From Auanema rhodensis (Eukaryota > Animalia > Nematoda): a stretch of 64,000 nucleotides of DNA. Position 1 is the stretch's first letter; every line of letters starts with the position of its first letter. The notes under the pieces are model-generated. The model was not told the origin of the DNA. It saw only the letters and a list, made by a program, of their open reading frames with translations, and did no database searches. The position numbers and the translations under genes were made by a program. Below, piece by piece: positions 60,809 to 64,000 of this stretch. The DNA lies in assembly GCA_964057225.1 (NCBI GenBank), contig OZ059897.1:15376001-15440000 (forward strand), written 5' to 3'.

Positions 60809-63668
60809 CTCTGTTATAGTATGTTTTGTTCATTACATCCCTGTAGATATAATTGATGTAATTTCATTAATACGGGTACATGTTTTTCTACATAAATTTT
60901 TTAAAATTGTGTTTTAAGATTTAATATACAACGTGATGAATGAAAGGTTTTCTTTTAAAGAAAAATTTGGTTAATTACAGAAAATGCTATTCTGTTTTCT
61001 TGTAGAAAAAAAGATTAAGATGTGTGACAAATGACTCAATTTGTTTTCTGTTCACAGAATGTGATATATCAGTGTTCGTTTGACAATTTAGGCTTTGTGT
61101 ACAGAAATTAGTATTCCAAATGTATTTTTTGCGGAGTATCAGTAGTTTTGATATCATCTCTTCAAGTATTATTGAAAAAAACAGTTGATATGAAATGCTA
61201 ACATAAAGTATTTACTTACTGCCAGGAGTAAATGTTTTTATTAAGGGAAATAGGTTCCAAGTGATGGTTTATATCAAATATAAATCTCAGATTTATTAGT
61301 ATTGCGCAACATCCAAATTCCCTGAAGATCGCTTATTGCCCTGAAGTAGATTATGATATGGATAGCGCGATTTGGCAGAATAATACGATGAATGGCTTTG
61401 CTTGTCATAAAGTATTTTCAAAATTCTATATCCCAAAGGCTTCGGTTAGTGCTACTTCGATTTCACATTAGTTGTGAGTTTTTATGGAAAAATAGCAGAT
61501 TATTGGAGTCACAACGGGAAAAAAATAACTTTATGATCGGCTAACATGATTATTATATTATAAATGCCCCGCGGCTGTACAGATTCAATCCCATGATAAG
61601 AGCAAAAAAGCTTTTATAATCTGACACGGCGGGTTAGAACATATGATTATTTGTTCGCTGTTTAAATAATGAAAAAAAATGATGAAAAAAGTAAAACATC
61701 TTAAACAATAGCATTAAAGTACCCGGGCAGAAAATATATTTCCATTGCTTCCAAAGTAAAAAAAATATTTGTATTATATAGTGCAATATACTATTAATAT
61801 TTGGAATTGAACTATTTTATTAATCTTGATTAGAATCGCTAGATGTAGTCATTATTCATATAGCTTATTTCCTGTGTACCCAAGCTGACATAAAGATCAT
61901 GAAGAAAAGTCAGATATGCAGATGCGGTTATCCGTCGTCTTATATATCTGCTATCTATTATTGTTTGATTTTCATATCCGGACAAGAACATACTGAATAA
62001 GTCTAGAATATTTGTAGTTATATGTTCAACAAATAATCGTAGCCATATTTAGTAAATAAAATTGAGTGCTCCCGGTGGATGTGCGCGAGAAGTGTGGTAG
62101 ATCCAGTTGGTTAGTGTGAAACAAGGCAGACAGGCATGGTTTGTCTTCCAGCTGTCAACATGTCTATTTATGCAAATGATGTGTGTGAAAGAAGATAAAT
62201 ATCTGGACTAATCAACACGTAATAGAGTTGCATGATGCAATTTGACAGATTCAAATTATATAATCATGAGTCTTGATTATATTGACAACATTTTAGATAA
62301 GAAAGGTATTTTAATACGAAACAAATAAATAAAGTTGTTACCGTGATTGAGTGAACTGGTGGATAAGAAAAACTTCTCTAAATGAAGAATCGTATGCCCT
62401 TTTTTGAATTCAATTTTGATAAAGATGTTTATGCAAAAGTTAATATTCATAATAATTTGCTACATGTTGCTGTTGTTGCGGTCATTATTTCATTAGCATA
62501 CAAAGAACAGGGTTACGGTAACTTTTCATTTGACTGAACATGATCTTCTGTTCATTTTATTCAATTTTTCATTGAAAATCGGTTGCATTTGTTTTCTGAT
62601 TGCTTTTTCACAACATGGAGAATGTCATTATTTCCATCCTAATATGTCTGTGTCTGTTAGTTTAAATTAGATGCGATGATGAGAACTGTCTGTTTGGGTA
62701 AGCTGTGTTGGCAATGACAGACGTCCACATTCAGATCAGTCGTCTATCCCGTTGTTAGGGCATTTTTTTGTCAATTAGCCTGGAAATTAGTGAATTCATG
62801 GATTCTATTTCGTCTGTCGTTTTCCGCCAATTTATAATAGATATGGCTCATTTAAATAATTTCTCATTAAGCTGCGCATCTTCATCCAAAGAAGGGATGC
62901 CATTACATATCCGGAACCATCGTTAAAGACGATCGACAACGTATTAACTAAAATTTGCTCTTGCTTATTGTGAAGAGAATATAACAAAAAAAAGCATAAT
63001 AATAACTAAAATAACAGTTTTTCAATTTTTAAAATTATTCACATGAAAAATTATAATTATTAATATATTACTGTATGAATAATCTTTTATAATTATATAT
63101 TACCGTATGAATAATCTTTATGAATTTTATCCTCGTCATTCACATGTAGCATAATCATTCGCAGTTTCATCTCACTTCATATGAGTATACTGTAGATATT
63201 TAATATTTCAAAGCTTAAGAGTAATTAGTTTTCTTAGAAAGATATGAAAACTTCTGTATATACTAATAAAGAAGTAACATTTCACATATCTCTTGTATAC
63301 GATGTTGCGATTTTGAGGGAAATTGCTGTGAGAACGAGAAATTCTTCAGAATTGCTGTCAGTTTTTCTTTGCCTCTATTGTCCATGTTACATTTCTAACA
63401 TATTACAATGAATCAGCTGTGGTAATGAGCCCGTTGGGGTTCTGGGTATAAGATGTGAATGAGAGAGAATCGTCTTCTATTTTACATTTAGAGTGACTTA
63501 AACAAGTCTGTACGCCCCCTTGATCTGCTCAGCTCCTCCCACTCTCGTCAGCTATTGGCTGGCAGCAAAAATTGGCAAATATAAGCTAGAAAGGCAATTC
63601 GATTAAGCTTCTTCTTTAAGTCATATCTTCCTGACGACTACGATCCGTGCTTGCTCAGAGTGGTAAGA

Positions 63669-64000
63669 ATGGATATGTTTGCCAATCTTCAAATGCAACA
63701 AGTCTGGAAAGAATATCTGAAGCAACAACAACAGCTTCTTTTTCCAGGTAATACTAGGTGTAATTCTCAATATATTAATGACTACTGTAGTGCTCATTAT
63801 GAATGTATCTCAGCTCGTTTTCATTATGTTAATATTAAATTTGTATCAAAGCTAATTCATTTTATTATTATTATTTAATATATTTTTTCAAAATTATTTA
63901 AATTTTATATAAATGCTCAATACTGATAAGAAATTTTAACATATATATGTATATTTAGAAGATTCATCAAACGATGTAAATGACACAGCAAGTATTTCAA
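63669..64000 (+). CDS. 5' part of an unidentified gene (Gln-rich N-terminus), truncated by the window end
   Basis: MDMFANLQMQQVWKEYLKQQQQLLFP, then a CAG|GTAAT donor at ~63748 and a TTTAG acceptor at ~63958 continuing in frame (EDSSNDVNDTASIS). CCAAT-like and TATA-like motifs lie upstream. Confidence 0.55.

Overview
AT-rich eukaryotic genomic DNA from a rhabditid-type (clade V-like) nematode. Evidence: many 40-55 nt GT-AG introns, unpaired acceptors just before start codons (trans-splicing signature) and nematode gene families. Genes assembled by hand across exons: mitochondrial-clan P450 (cyp-44A1-like, -), caenacin/NLP-like Gly/Tyr peptide precursor (-), cdc-48/p97 (-), mnk-1 (+), a divergent Cys-loop channel (lgc-34-like, -), a tandem-BTB protein (+), rpb-5 (-), a patched-related protein (+), a catalytically degenerate class-3 lipase (-), two divergent protist-type lysozymes, a core-2/I-branching glycosyltransferase (+), vigilin (-), FRA10AC1 (+) and the start of an unidentified gene at the right edge. 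The best non-obvious signal is in cdc-48. Its two enlarged neighbouring introns are homologous, and each encodes a ~200 nt box H/ACA RNA with a covarying stem, an H box and an ACA box. Their pocket is complementary to the conserved LSU rRNA helix-69 segment AUGAC-U-C-UCUUAAG. A separate GC-rich, multi-helix RNA-like element lies just past the cdc-48 poly(A) signal and could not be assigned to a known family. Exon boundaries were read manually and may be off by a few bases. No database searches were run.
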